Source of the DNA: Truepera sp.
Lineage (GTDB): Bacteria; Deinococcota; Deinococci; Deinococcales; Trueperaceae
Assembly: GCA_965218435.1 (NCBI GenBank)
Contig: CBDCKW010000009.1
Location: forward strand, 1,472,001-1,536,000
Length of the DNA: 64,000 nt
Direction: 5' to 3'
Every line of letters starts with the position of its first letter. Position 1 is the first letter of the stretch. The notes under the pieces are model-generated. The model worked only from the letters and a program-made list of their open reading frames with translations, searched no databases and was not told the DNA's origin. Shown here in pieces: positions 28,886-39,152 of the stretch. A program made the position numbers and the translations under genes.

Positions 28886-29417
28886 ATAATCCACTTTGTC
28901 AAGGTTTTGTCAGCTATGTGTACGCAACTAAAGTCGAGGACGCCGTAAGTACCGACGCCAACGTAAATATCTTCAGGCTTAAAGACGAATAGAAAGCTCG
29001 AGCCGACCCCAGTGAGTGCGGTGCGCCGATTGGCCTAGCCCGCTCCGCCAGTTTAGAGCTACTGCAACAGTTGGAGGAGGGACGTGCCAGACGGCTTTTT
29101 ATGCAGGCAACGCTGCTCTGCAGACCTTGGCCGCGCTCCGCAGGTTTGCAGAACCAGCCGACCGGAGCTGCGTTAATGACCCAAACTCGAGGGTCGCAAC
29201 AAGAGCTTAGCAAGGTACTTACGACCTAGATAAAAGGCAGGAGTGTATCTAAAGATATATACCAAAGGTTTATTCCTTGTACCCCCCTTCGTCGCTTGTG
29301 TAATTTAGCGTACAAACTCTAGGATGACGTTCAGCTGACAAAGAGGTGGCAATTCACTGAGTAATTGGTGAGTAGTCGATCAGCTAAATCTAAACTTCGG
29401 GGGGCAGGGGCGGAATC

Positions 29418-30650
29418 ATGACAGCATACAGCGCAGCCAAAGATCGGAGACAGCCAATGACGACGCTAGGCGAAGGGCTCGAGCCGACCGTTCAGCAGCC
29501 TAGTCTGGCGATCGTCGTCCCGACAAGGAACGAAGCGGGTAACGTGAAGCCGCTGCTCCAGCTTATCCACAAAGCCGTGGTTGACCTGCCGGTCGAGGTC
29601 ATCTTCGTCGACGACAGCACCGACGATACGCCGGACGTAATCGCGCAAATAGGCCGAGAGTTCCCCTTTAACGTCTCGGTCATCGTGCGCCCTTTTGAGC
29701 GGCGCAACGGTCTCGGGCTGGCCGTCGTCGAGGGCATCACGGCGGCCACCGCCGAATGGGTGTGTGTGATGGACGGCGATTTGCAGCACCCGCCCGAGGT
29801 CATCCCACAGCTGCTCGAGCACGCGCAGAAAACGGGCTCGACGCTCGTCGCCGCCAGCCGCCTGACCGACGGGGGCAGCACCGCCGGACTCTCGTGGCGG
29901 CGCAAAATCATCTCTTATACGCTCGCGCTCGCCTCACGAGTTCTTTTTCCCAGCCGTCTGCGGCAGCTGACCGACCCACTGACCGGATTTTTCCTGGTCA
30001 AACGAGAAGCGCTCGTCCCTGAAAGCTTGCAGCCCGAGGGCTTTAAGATTTTGCTCGAGATTCTCGTCCGCACCCCGCATCTGCGCTTGGCCGAACTCCC
30101 GTTCGAGTTTGGCGAAAGGTTAACCGGCGAAAGCAAGGCCAATACGCAAGAGGCGCTGAAGCTCTTTCGGCAGCTGGCGCGGCTGAGCCTCGAGCCGCAC
30201 CGGCACCTGCTGCGCTTTTTTATGGTCGGGGCGTCGGGTCTAGTGGTCAATACGCTGGCCCTGATGTTGGCGACCTTTGTCGGGTTGCATTACCTCGTCG
30301 CAGCAACCGTAGCGACGCAGACCTCGACCTTGTGGAACTTCGGGTTGCTCGAGACCTGGGCCTACAAGGGCCGCGAAGTCCGGCAAAAAGCGCGCTGGCA
30401 ACGCCTGGGCAGCTTCTTGGTGATGAATAACGCCGCGCTCCTTTTACGCGGGCCGCTGATGGTTCTGCTCATCTCACTCAACATGAACTACCTCGTCGCC
30501 AACGCCGTCACCCTGATCGCCATCGCCTTTTTACGTTACGCCGTATCGGACAGCCTGATCTGGCGTAACAGCAGCGCCACCTCGCCCACCGTCACCTCGC
30601 CCGCCGTCGCCGTCACCGCAGCCGTCAACACCGCCACTCAGGGAGAGTAA
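29418..30650 (+). CDS. GT2 polyprenol-phosphate glycosyltransferase (DPM1/Ppm1-like) fused to a GtrA flippase domain
   Basis: VVPTRNE, FVDDSTD, MDGDLQHPPE, DPLTGFF, GFKILLE, GESK; C-terminal RFFMVGASGLVVN...WNF 4-TM GtrA pattern. Confidence 0.9.
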   Translation: MTAYSAAKDRRQPMTTLGEGLEPTVQQPSLAIVVPTRNEAGNVKPLLQLIHKAVVDLPVEVIFVDDSTDDTPDVIAQIGREFPFNVSVIVRPFERRNGLGLAVVEGITAATAEWVCVMDGDLQHPPEVIPQLLEHAQKTGSTLVAASRLTDGGSTAGLSWRRKIISYTLALASRVLFPSRLRQLTDPLTGFFLVKREALVPESLQPEGFKILLEILVRTPHLRLAELPFEFGERLTGESKANTQEALKLFRQLARLSLEPHRHLLRFFMVGASGLVVNTLALMLATFVGLHYLVAATVATQTSTLWNFGLLETWAYKGREVRQKARWQRLGSFLVMNNAALLLRGPLMVLLISLNMNYLVANAVTLIAIAFLRYAVSDSLIWRNSSATSPTVTSPAVAVTAAVNTATQGE

Positions 30651-31747
30651 TGTTTTTTTATAACGTCCATAACTTGCTGCTGATCCGCTCCGTTCAAAGG
30701 CTGCCCGAACTCGCGTACTTCCGCACGCCACGCCTCGCCGCAGCACCTGATATCGACGTCCGTATCGAAGCCGACCCGAGCGCCTACAAAACGGACGCCT
30801 CGATCAGCTACGACGAGATTTTAGGTAGGTTTGGGTTCAGTATCGTCATCAACCGCCGTGAAGCCGCAACTGAGGTCATCGCCTCACCCCTGATCAACCG
30901 CTCGCCACACGTCCTTTATACCAACGTCGTCGAACCGCTGCTGCGTTGGGCGCTGGTCCGTAAAGGCTACGCGCTGATGCACGGGGCGTGTTTGGCCTTC
31001 GGCGCTAAAGCACTTTTTATTACCGCTCAGACCGACACCGGCAAAACCACGACGATTTTGCATACCCTGCGAAACAACCTCCGCAGCTGCCGCTTTTTAA
31101 GCGACGATATGACCATTTTTGCCGAGGACGGAACCGTTTACAGCTTTCCCAAACCGCTGACGGTCAGTCAGCACACGCTCCAGGCCGTTGGCGGCGCTGA
31201 CCTGTCGCTTGTTGAACGCAGCTTTTTACGCGTGCAGAGCCGGTTACACTCGCGTGAGGGTCGCCGCGCCGGGATGTGGCTCAGTAACATTCGGATGCCC
31301 GCTGCGACCATGAGCGCAGTTGTGCAGTGGCTGATTCCGCCACCCAAGTTTATGGTCGGTAAACTCGTTCCCGGCGCACAGCTAACCGAGCAGTCCCGAC
31401 TCGAGCAGATCGTGTTGATCGAGCGCGGCCCCGAGTCCGAACGTGAGCTTGCCGAAACCGAAAAGCTCGAGATTCTGATCGCCAACGCCGAGGACGCCTA
31501 CGGGTTTCCGCCGTATCCGTTGATCGCCGAGCAGTTAAGCCACTGGCAGGGTCAAGACCTGCACGAAGAGGAGAAACGGCTGGTACGCGGGGCGATTCGG
31601 GCGGTTCCCGGCGTCCTCTTACGGCGCGACGACTACGGCTGGTTTGAAAGGTTACCCCGGCTTATTCAAGCGGGCTTTCATGCCGACGTCCCGCCCGAAG
31701 CAACCTTGGCACAGGCTTTTCAGACTGCGCCTACTGCCGTCAACTAG
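30650..31747 (+). CDS. HprK-related P-loop protein
   Basis: LMHGAC, AQTDTGKTT Walker A variant, FLSDD; start overlaps the GT2 stop (TAATG). Confidence 0.65.
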   Translation: MFFYNVHNLLLIRSVQRLPELAYFRTPRLAAAPDIDVRIEADPSAYKTDASISYDEILGRFGFSIVINRREAATEVIASPLINRSPHVLYTNVVEPLLRWALVRKGYALMHGACLAFGAKALFITAQTDTGKTTTILHTLRNNLRSCRFLSDDMTIFAEDGTVYSFPKPLTVSQHTLQAVGGADLSLVERSFLRVQSRLHSREGRRAGMWLSNIRMPAATMSAVVQWLIPPPKFMVGKLVPGAQLTEQSRLEQIVLIERGPESERELAETEKLEILIANAEDAYGFPPYPLIAEQLSHWQGQDLHEEEKRLVRGAIRAVPGVLLRRDDYGWFERLPRLIQAGFHADVPPEATLAQAFQTAPTAVN

Positions 31748-31849
31748 GGTGGGCAGTTTGCTTACAGCCCTACCGACGTTGGTGTTGACTTGGGTGCAGC
31801 AGCCCAACAAAGGTAAGCGGACGCGACCAACAGCGGGCTCGAGCCAGCC

Positions 31850-33424
31850 ATGAGCGTCTCTAGATCAAGCTTTTCCTCGGCCGTAACGAGCCGGGATGGC
31901 AGTCGTTCGCGGATCGGTCAAACGACGCTGCAGCTGGTCGCCCTTGCCGCCGTTTTGCTGCTCGCCATCGGCGTCCGCGTCGCTTACCTCAACACCTTGG
32001 GGTATAACAGCGACGAAGCCGTCTATGCGGGCCAAGCCGCCGCTATCGCCCAAGACCCGGTACTCAGCGAAATCTTCCCGGTGTTTCGGGCGCACCCCCT
32101 GCTGTTTCAGTTTGTCTTGTCGCTTTTTTACAGTGTTTTCGGAACGAGCGACTGGCTGGGGCGGGCCGTCTCCGCAGCGGTAGGCGTCACTACGGTGTAT
32201 CTGGTCTACTGTTTGGGCGTCAGCCTTTACGGTCGCCGCGCCGGACTCTACGCCGGACTCTTTTTGGCGCTGATGCCCTACCACGTGATCGTCACGCGGC
32301 AGGTGCTGCTAGACGGGCCGATGGTCTTTTGCTCGACGCTCAGCCTATTTTTTATGGTTCGTTTTACGCAGACGCGGCGCGCGGAATGGTTGTACGCCGC
32401 AGCTGCCGGGATGGGCCTGACTTTTTTAGCCAAAGAGACGAGCATCCTGATGGTCGGGGCGATCTACGCATTTTTGGCGCTTTCCCCTAAGCTTCCAGTA
32501 CGGATTATCGACATCTTTATCTCACTCTTTACACTGGTCACGGTGATGGCCGCGTTTCCCCTGTCCGTCTCGCTGGCGGGAGGGGGCGGCGGCAAAACCC
32601 AGCAGTATTTGGTGTGGCAGCTTTTTCGCCGCCCCAACCACCCCTGGGACTTTTATCCGAGCGTCGTGCCGCCGGCAGTCGGTATCTTGGTTATCGCCTC
32701 CGCGCTGCTGGGCTTGTGGTTTTTACGCCGTGAGAACGGTTGGCGGGAAAAGCTGCTGGGGTTATGGATTTTGGTTCCGGTCGTGTTTTTCGAGCTGTGG
32801 CCGACCAAAGGGTTTCAGTATCTGCTACCCGCTGCGCCGCCGCTGGCACTCTTGGCGGCGCGCACGCTGGCCTATCTGCCGAAGCGCCGCCTGCGTGTTC
32901 GCCGCTGGCGTATACCGCAGTATCTGCCGGGGCTGTTAGGGGCCGGGGTGGTCGCCTCGAGCCTGTTTATCACCAGCTGGTCACGTATCGACCCCGCGCC
33001 GTCAACCACTTTTTTTGCCGGTTCAGGGGGCATCCCCGGCGGACGTGAAACCGGACTCTGGATTGACGCCCACGTGCCCCAGGGCGCGACCTTCGTCGCG
33101 ATCGGCCCCTCGATGGCCAATATTCTCAAGTTTTACGGGCACCGGCGGATGTTCGGCCTCTCGGTCAGCCCCAACCCACTGCACCGGAACCCGGCTTACG
33201 AACCCGTTTACAACCTCGACTATCAGATTCGCAGCGGCGAAGTTCAGTATCTGGTCTGGGATTCGTTTTCGGCCGGACGCACCAGCTTCTTTTCGGAAAC
33301 GCTCCTGCACTACGTGCAGAAATATCATGGCCGGGTTGTTCATCTCGAGGCAGTTCCTGTCCCTACACCCGACGGTTTAAGCAGCGACAAACCCATCATC
33401 ATTATCTACGAGGTGCGTCCGTGA
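31850..33424 (+). CDS. GT-C fold glycosyltransferase (ArnT/PMT_2-like)
   Basis: Multi-TM; SDEAVY, HPLLF, GR..S, LLDGP, LAKE, QYLLP. Confidence 0.85.
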   Translation: MSVSRSSFSSAVTSRDGSRSRIGQTTLQLVALAAVLLLAIGVRVAYLNTLGYNSDEAVYAGQAAAIAQDPVLSEIFPVFRAHPLLFQFVLSLFYSVFGTSDWLGRAVSAAVGVTTVYLVYCLGVSLYGRRAGLYAGLFLALMPYHVIVTRQVLLDGPMVFCSTLSLFFMVRFTQTRRAEWLYAAAAGMGLTFLAKETSILMVGAIYAFLALSPKLPVRIIDIFISLFTLVTVMAAFPLSVSLAGGGGGKTQQYLVWQLFRRPNHPWDFYPSVVPPAVGILVIASALLGLWFLRRENGWREKLLGLWILVPVVFFELWPTKGFQYLLPAAPPLALLAARTLAYLPKRRLRVRRWRIPQYLPGLLGAGVVASSLFITSWSRIDPAPSTTFFAGSGGIPGGRETGLWIDAHVPQGATFVAIGPSMANILKFYGHRRMFGLSVSPNPLHRNPAYEPVYNLDYQIRSGEVQYLVWDSFSAGRTSFFSETLLHYVQKYHGRVVHLEAVPVPTPDGLSSDKPIIIIYEVRP

Positions 33425-34785
33425 ACAAAGCTTCTCTGGTGCTACGCCTAGTGCTGTGCAGCTTAATGTGCGGTGTAGCAGGTGCAAAGGCGGCTCCCCT
33501 GGTGGCCCCGAACCCCAACACCCCCATCAAACACCTGGTCGTGCTGATGCAGCAAAACCGCACCTTCGACCACTACTTCGGAACTTACCCCGGGGCCGAC
33601 GGGATACCGGGCGATGTTTGTCTGCCGTTTAGTATCACCAAACCCGAAGCGGACGCGTGCGTCAAACCGTATTACCTCGGCGACGGTCAATCGGCTGATT
33701 TAAGTCACACCTCGACGATCTTTTGGCGGCAGTTGAACGGCGGCGCAATGAACGGCTTTGTTCACGCGCTACGCTTGCGCAAACAAGACGGTGCGCTGGC
33801 CATGGGCCACTACGACGACCGCGAGCTCCCTTACTACTGGAACTTGGCCGACGAATTCGTGTTGTTCGACCGTTTTTTTAGCTCGGCTCACGCGGGCAGC
33901 CTCTGGAACCGCACCTTCTGGGTTGCCGGTCAAGCCTTGGGCGAGGAAAACCGGATTCCCAAAGCAGGCTTCGGCGACGTACCGACCATCTTCGACCGCT
34001 TGGAAGCCAAGGGCATCTCATGGAAGTTTTATATCAACAACTACAACCCGCAGCTCAACTACCGGATGCTAAAAAACAGTCCCTTTCTGCACCCGCAGGT
34101 TCAGTGGGTACCCCTGCTAAGCATGGACCGCTTTATCGACGATCCCAAGCTGTCGAGCCATATCGTCGATATGAGCGAATACTTCAAGGACTTAAATAAC
34201 GGCACTCTCCCCGCCGTATCGTACATGCTCGCGCTGGGCGCGACCGAACAACCCCCGGCACAGCCCGAACCCGGTCAGCGGTTTGTCCGTAAAACACTTC
34301 AGGCGCTGATCCAGAGTAAAGCGTGGCGCAGCTCCGCTTTTGTGCTCACCTACGACGACTGGGGCGGCTGGTACGACCATGTTTTACCACCCCAAGTCGA
34401 CGCCTATGGGTACGGTTTTAGAGTCCCGGCGCTCCTAGTCAGCCCTTACGCCAAACGGGGGTATATCGACAGCACCACCTTGGATTTCACCTCGATCTTA
34501 AAATTTATCGAGCAAAATTACGGCCTCGAGCCGCTCGCCACCCGGGACGCCCAAGCTAACAGTTTGGACAGCGCCTTTGACTTTACCCAAGCGCCCCGCG
34601 CCGCCGAGTTTTTCTCCTTTTTTAGAGCCGAAAGCAAAACGAGGCCGAAGCCGCGCATAGGGATGATCTACGCCACCTACGGTACAGGGATCGGCTTGGC
34701 GTTGGCCGTTTTTCTCTTTGCCGCCGTGCGCGCGCGTCCCGGCTCACGCCGTAACCTGCGCAACCGGTCGGTAGGCTTAAGATGA
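33421..34785 (+). CDS. Phospholipase C / AcpA-type phosphoesterase family protein with C-terminal TM anchor
   Basis: PIKHLVVLMQQNRTFDHYFG, LADEFVLFDRFF, TYDDWGGWYDHV.PP, GFRVP...SPY. Confidence 0.85.
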   Translation: MNKASLVLRLVLCSLMCGVAGAKAAPLVAPNPNTPIKHLVVLMQQNRTFDHYFGTYPGADGIPGDVCLPFSITKPEADACVKPYYLGDGQSADLSHTSTIFWRQLNGGAMNGFVHALRLRKQDGALAMGHYDDRELPYYWNLADEFVLFDRFFSSAHAGSLWNRTFWVAGQALGEENRIPKAGFGDVPTIFDRLEAKGISWKFYINNYNPQLNYRMLKNSPFLHPQVQWVPLLSMDRFIDDPKLSSHIVDMSEYFKDLNNGTLPAVSYMLALGATEQPPAQPEPGQRFVRKTLQALIQSKAWRSSAFVLTYDDWGGWYDHVLPPQVDAYGYGFRVPALLVSPYAKRGYIDSTTLDFTSILKFIEQNYGLEPLATRDAQANSLDSAFDFTQAPRAAEFFSFFRAESKTRPKPRIGMIYATYGTGIGLALAVFLFAAVRARPGSRRNLRNRSVGLR

Positions 34786-36149
34786 GCGGCCGCACACGCT
34801 CCCGGCTGCTACGAGCGGCGTGCCTTTTAGCGTTCAGCTTACTGGCGCTGCCCAAACCAGCTGCAGCGCAAAGTTGGCTGCAGCAAGACACGGTGATTAC
34901 CTTTGCGCCGCTGGCAGCACAGCCGCTGGGTCGTTCGGTCGGCGTAACCTTAACCCTTACCGACACACAGGGAACCGCGCTCCCGTACCGGCAACTCGAG
35001 GTTTTCCTCGGCGCTGACCAAGCGAAGCGCACGCGCACGAACCGTGAGGGCGTCGCCAAAGTCCGGCTCGAGGCCGGTTTGTCCGCAGGCCGGTATACGC
35101 TTAGCGCCACCTTCGCCGGTTATGAAAACTACCTCAGCAGCGCGGCAACCACTACTCTCGTGGTCGCACCGGCAGTCCTGACGGTGCGCACGGTGCCGCC
35201 GCTGGCAGGGGTCAACTTTTTGCTGGGTGGGCGCGCGTTTAGCACTGCGGCGGACGGCAGCGGCCAGATCAGCGTAAGCGAGAGCGGGCGTTACCACTTA
35301 GAGGTACTACCCTGGCGTACCAAAGCTGCGCGGGCGACCTTTATCCGCTGGGACAACGGGATTTTTGAGGCCGGTCGCAGCGTAACACTCCCCCGAGACA
35401 GCCTGATAGGGGCGGGCTTTAACGTTGAACAGCTGGTTACACCGACCTTCGTCGACCTCGAGCAACACCCCGTTTCGGCGCGGCGGGTTTCAGCCGTGAC
35501 GTTTAAGAGCAGCTACGGTACAACCGAATCGTTTGGGGAACCGTCGGGCAGTGTCAAGCCCGTCTGGGTCCAAGCCAGCCAGGTCGTGCGCCGCCCGACC
35601 GGGCTCGAGGCCAAAAAGATCAGCTACGTCCTCGAGAGCGTGATGATCGACGGGTCTAACGTCGTCAACCGGGGCCAGCAACGTTTCTTGGTCAACCGCA
35701 AGGGGGCTTGGAAACTTAAGCTGCTCCTCTACGACGCCCGTTTCCGGGCGGTAGACGCACTCTTCGGGTTTCCGCTGGGGGCCGGCGTGACTTTAGAATA
35801 TCCCGACGGACACACCAAACTGTTGCGCTTCGGCGCAGCCGACACCGTTGCGACAGGCCCACTGGCCCGTGGCCTTTATAAAGTCCAGGTGGTCGGCGCA
35901 CACGGGATGGCCCCACTCACGCCCGTCGCCCTCTCGCGCGATCAGGCGGTAGAGCTGAAGGTTCTAAGCCGCCTCGATATGGGGGTAGGGCTGGGGCTCG
36001 GCCTTACCTTGGCACTGAGTTTGCTGCTCCTCGGTAGACCGCAGCTGATCGGGTTGAAACGCAAAACTGGACGTTCCGAATTTCCCGACCGGAGACGTGC
36101 GCCGCTTAGACCCGAGCACTCCCCCTCCAAATCCTCTGAATGGCGCTGA
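34782..36149 (+). CDS. Secreted beta-rich (Ig-like) hypothetical protein with C-terminal TM helix
   Basis: Signal peptide ending AAAQ, G.YTLSATFAG Ig-like pattern, hydrophobic helix plus basic tail; ATGA overlap. Confidence 0.7.
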   Translation: MSGRTRSRLLRAACLLAFSLLALPKPAAAQSWLQQDTVITFAPLAAQPLGRSVGVTLTLTDTQGTALPYRQLEVFLGADQAKRTRTNREGVAKVRLEAGLSAGRYTLSATFAGYENYLSSAATTTLVVAPAVLTVRTVPPLAGVNFLLGGRAFSTAADGSGQISVSESGRYHLEVLPWRTKAARATFIRWDNGIFEAGRSVTLPRDSLIGAGFNVEQLVTPTFVDLEQHPVSARRVSAVTFKSSYGTTESFGEPSGSVKPVWVQASQVVRRPTGLEAKKISYVLESVMIDGSNVVNRGQQRFLVNRKGAWKLKLLLYDARFRAVDALFGFPLGAGVTLEYPDGHTKLLRFGAADTVATGPLARGLYKVQVVGAHGMAPLTPVALSRDQAVELKVLSRLDMGVGLGLGLTLALSLLLLGRPQLIGLKRKTGRSEFPDRRRAPLRPEHSPSKSSEWR

Positions 36150-36150
36150 T

Positions 36151-37311
36151 GTGACGACGCCCCGCTACCTCACGCCTCAGCTCGGCATACGGCTCGGTTT
36201 TACCCCGGTCAGAGGGGCCGAAAGGAAGGTGCTTTGGTGTCTAATAACGATGCTATTTGTGGTGCAACCGGTGAGAGCCAGTACCTTGCCCACTGAAGAC
36301 GTTCGCAATCCCGTTCCCCTGATGGCGTACTACTATATCTGGTACAGCGAAACCTCGTGGGACCGCGCCAAAACCGACTATCCGGTGCTGGGGCGCTATA
36401 GTAGCGACGACCGGAGCGTGATGGAGCAGCACGTGCGTTGGGCTAAAGCGGCGGGTATCGGCGGCTTTATCGTAAGCTGGAAAAGCACCCCTATACTTAA
36501 CCGCCGTCTGGAGAGGCTGCTCGAGGTCGCCGCCGCGGACGACTTTGCGATCTGGATTATCTATCAAGGTCTCGACTTTTACCGCAGACCGCTCCCGCTC
36601 AACCGTGTGGCGCACGATTTAAGCTACTTCGCCAACCACTACGCCGCTCAGCCTGCACTACAGCTCTACGACCGGCCCGTCGTGATCTGGTCGGGTACTT
36701 GGAAGTTTAGTCCAGAAGACGTGGCCACAGTTACGAAACCTTACCGCGACCGGCTCTATCTGCTGGCCTCTGAACGCAATCTGCGGGGGTATCTGCGGCT
36801 CGCTAAATTGGTTGACGGCAACGCCTACTACTGGTCTTCGGTCAACCCCGATACCTATCCGGGCTACCAAGCCAAACTTGATGAACTGGGCAAAGCCGTC
36901 CATAACCACGGCGGGTTTTGGGTCGCTCCGGCAGCCCCCGGCTTTGACGCGCGCCTGATCGGGGGCACGACTGTGGTTAAACGCAAGGGGGGCGAGACCT
37001 TGCGGCGACAACTCAGCGCAGCGGTGCATTCTGCGCCCGACGCTATCGGGCTGATCAGCTGGAACGAATTCAGTGAAAACAGTCAGATCGAACCCAGCGA
37101 AACCTACGGCAGCCAAGCACTCGAGCTGCTCAGCAACCGAGAAAACGGCGGGATCGAGGCCGCTGAAGTTGACTCGAGCGATCCCGGAACGACCGACCCG
37201 CGCAACTTTTACGGGCTTTCCGTGGTGGGCGGGTTGGCTGTTTTTATCGTCGGCAGCGTCGTGCTGGCCGTAACGCGGCAGCTCGGCAAAGCAGCAGGGA
37301 GTAAGGTATGA
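36151..37311 (+). CDS. GH99/GH71-like glycoside hydrolase with C-terminal TM
   Basis: AYYYIWY, P.LGRYSSDD, AGIGGFIVSW, PGFD, ISWNEFSENSQIEP (GH99-type NExxE); GTG 36151 taken as likely start (ORF open from 36097). Confidence 0.78.
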   Translation: MTTPRYLTPQLGIRLGFTPVRGAERKVLWCLITMLFVVQPVRASTLPTEDVRNPVPLMAYYYIWYSETSWDRAKTDYPVLGRYSSDDRSVMEQHVRWAKAAGIGGFIVSWKSTPILNRRLERLLEVAAADDFAIWIIYQGLDFYRRPLPLNRVAHDLSYFANHYAAQPALQLYDRPVVIWSGTWKFSPEDVATVTKPYRDRLYLLASERNLRGYLRLAKLVDGNAYYWSSVNPDTYPGYQAKLDELGKAVHNHGGFWVAPAAPGFDARLIGGTTVVKRKGGETLRRQLSAAVHSAPDAIGLISWNEFSENSQIEPSETYGSQALELLSNRENGGIEAAEVDSSDPGTTDPRNFYGLSVVGGLAVFIVGSVVLAVTRQLGKAAGSKV

Positions 37312-39128
37312 GTCCTCACGCCAAGTTCTTTTGCAACAAAGTCTTTCGTATTGGTCACGTCTACTTGCTAAACGCAGTGGCGCTGGGATTACTTGTCTTA
37401 CTTTCAAGCTGTAATTCCAGCGGCGGCACGCCGAGCGGGATCATCTACAGCACTACCGCCGACAGCCGCGTCAGCGCAAGTACCGATGACGTTGAGGAAA
37501 CGGCGGATGGGAGCATCCTGCGCTCGAGCCCTGAGCTCAACTTGATCGAAGCTGATGTTAAGCTGGTCGGCCTCCGCTTTACGGGCGTCAATATACCCAG
37601 GGGCGCGGCCATCACCGACGCTTACGTCAGCTTTACCACAGCTGAAGCGTCGAGTGAAAACGCGTCTTTTAGCCTCCGGGGGGTCGCTAGAGACGACCCG
37701 CCGACCTTTATCAGCGCGCGCACCAACGTCTCGTCGCAACCGACAACGACCGCTGCGGTCACCTGGTCGCCCGCGCCGTGGTCGCTGCCCGAGGTATCGG
37801 GAGCTGAGCAGCAAACAGCAAATCTAGCCCCTATCATTCAGGAACTGGTCGACCGACCCGGCTGGTCGCGCGGCAACGCGCTGGCACTTGTTATCTCGGG
37901 CAGCGGAGCGCGGGTGGCCCGGTCGTTTGACGGCAGCCGCGCCAAAGCGCCGCTGCTGCACGTCAATTTTACGGCAGACGAGCGCGTCAGTATCGACACC
38001 TTTAGCGCCCAACCCGCTAAGGTTCAGCAAGGCCGTGAGGTGACCTTCTCGTGGTCTCTCAGCGCCGCAGGCGGCGCGGTACGCTGCACGCTGGACGCCG
38101 ACGGGGACGGTGTTTCTGACTACACCATTGCAGACTGTCTGAGCACCAAGACGCAGACCCACAGCTACCAGCTGGCCGGCTACTACCCGGCAACGCTCAC
38201 CGCAACAGCCGCCAGCGGCGCAACGGCGACCGCCACCGCCGAGACGAACGTGAGCACTCCGGCTTCGGTGACAATTGCTGCTGCGGGGGACATCGCGTGT
38301 GACCCGGCTTCCGAATACTTCAATCACGGGGAAGGCGTGGCCGACAGGTGCCACATGAAAGCGACCTCGGAGCTGCTGCTCGCCCTCCAACCAGACGCGG
38401 TCTTGACCTTAGGCGACAATCAGTACAACAGCGCCACGCTGAATAACCTGAGGCAATCCTACGACCCAACCTGGGGACGGCTCAAGGCGATCACGCACCC
38501 CGCTGCGGGGACGCACGAATACACCGCGAGCGAAGCGGACGAGGAGGACGGGACCGGGAACGGCGCAGGCTATTTCGCCTATTTCGGCGCGGCGGCGGGC
38601 GATCCGGCCAAGGGCTACTACAGTTTCGATTTGGGTGCGTGGCATATCGTCGTACTGAACGCCAACTGCTCGAGGGCGGGGGGTTGCGAGAAAGGTTCAC
38701 CCCAGGAGCAGTGGTTAAGAGCCGACCTCGCCGCCAGCCCCAAGCTGTGTACGCTGACGGTGATGCACTACCCGCGTTTCAGCTCGGGCAAGCACGGCAA
38801 CATCGTCAGAAATACCGACTTTTGGCAAGCCCTAGCCGATGCCGGCGCAGAGCTGGTGCTTTCCGGCAACGATCATGATTACGAGCGTTTTGCGCCGCAA
38901 ACCCCGAACGGCACACTCGACGCCGAACATGGAATCCGCCAGTTCGTCGTCGGCACCGGCGGCAAAGAGTTATACAGCTTCGGCACCTTGCAACCACACA
39001 GCGAGGCGAGAATCAGCAACGTTTACGGCGTTCTCAAACTAAATTTGCACCCGGAAAGTTACGACTGGGCGTTCGTACCGGAAGCGGGTCAAACCTCGAG
39101 TGATAAGGGGACGGGTCTATGCCACTAA
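37308..39128 (+). CDS. Lipoprotein: beta-sandwich module + PKD-like + metallophosphoesterase (variant motifs)
   Basis: Lipobox LLSSC; AAAGDIAC, LGDNQY, GTHE, MHYP, SGNDH, QFVVGTGG. Confidence 0.85.
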   Translation: MSPHAKFFCNKVFRIGHVYLLNAVALGLLVLLSSCNSSGGTPSGIIYSTTADSRVSASTDDVEETADGSILRSSPELNLIEADVKLVGLRFTGVNIPRGAAITDAYVSFTTAEASSENASFSLRGVARDDPPTFISARTNVSSQPTTTAAVTWSPAPWSLPEVSGAEQQTANLAPIIQELVDRPGWSRGNALALVISGSGARVARSFDGSRAKAPLLHVNFTADERVSIDTFSAQPAKVQQGREVTFSWSLSAAGGAVRCTLDADGDGVSDYTIADCLSTKTQTHSYQLAGYYPATLTATAASGATATATAETNVSTPASVTIAAAGDIACDPASEYFNHGEGVADRCHMKATSELLLALQPDAVLTLGDNQYNSATLNNLRQSYDPTWGRLKAITHPAAGTHEYTASEADEEDGTGNGAGYFAYFGAAAGDPAKGYYSFDLGAWHIVVLNANCSRAGGCEKGSPQEQWLRADLAASPKLCTLTVMHYPRFSSGKHGNIVRNTDFWQALADAGAELVLSGNDHDYERFAPQTPNGTLDAEHGIRQFVVGTGGKELYSFGTLQPHSEARISNVYGVLKLNLHPESYDWAFVPEAGQTSSDKGTGLCH

Positions 39129-39152
39129 TCAGCCATTAAATATTGACGAGCC

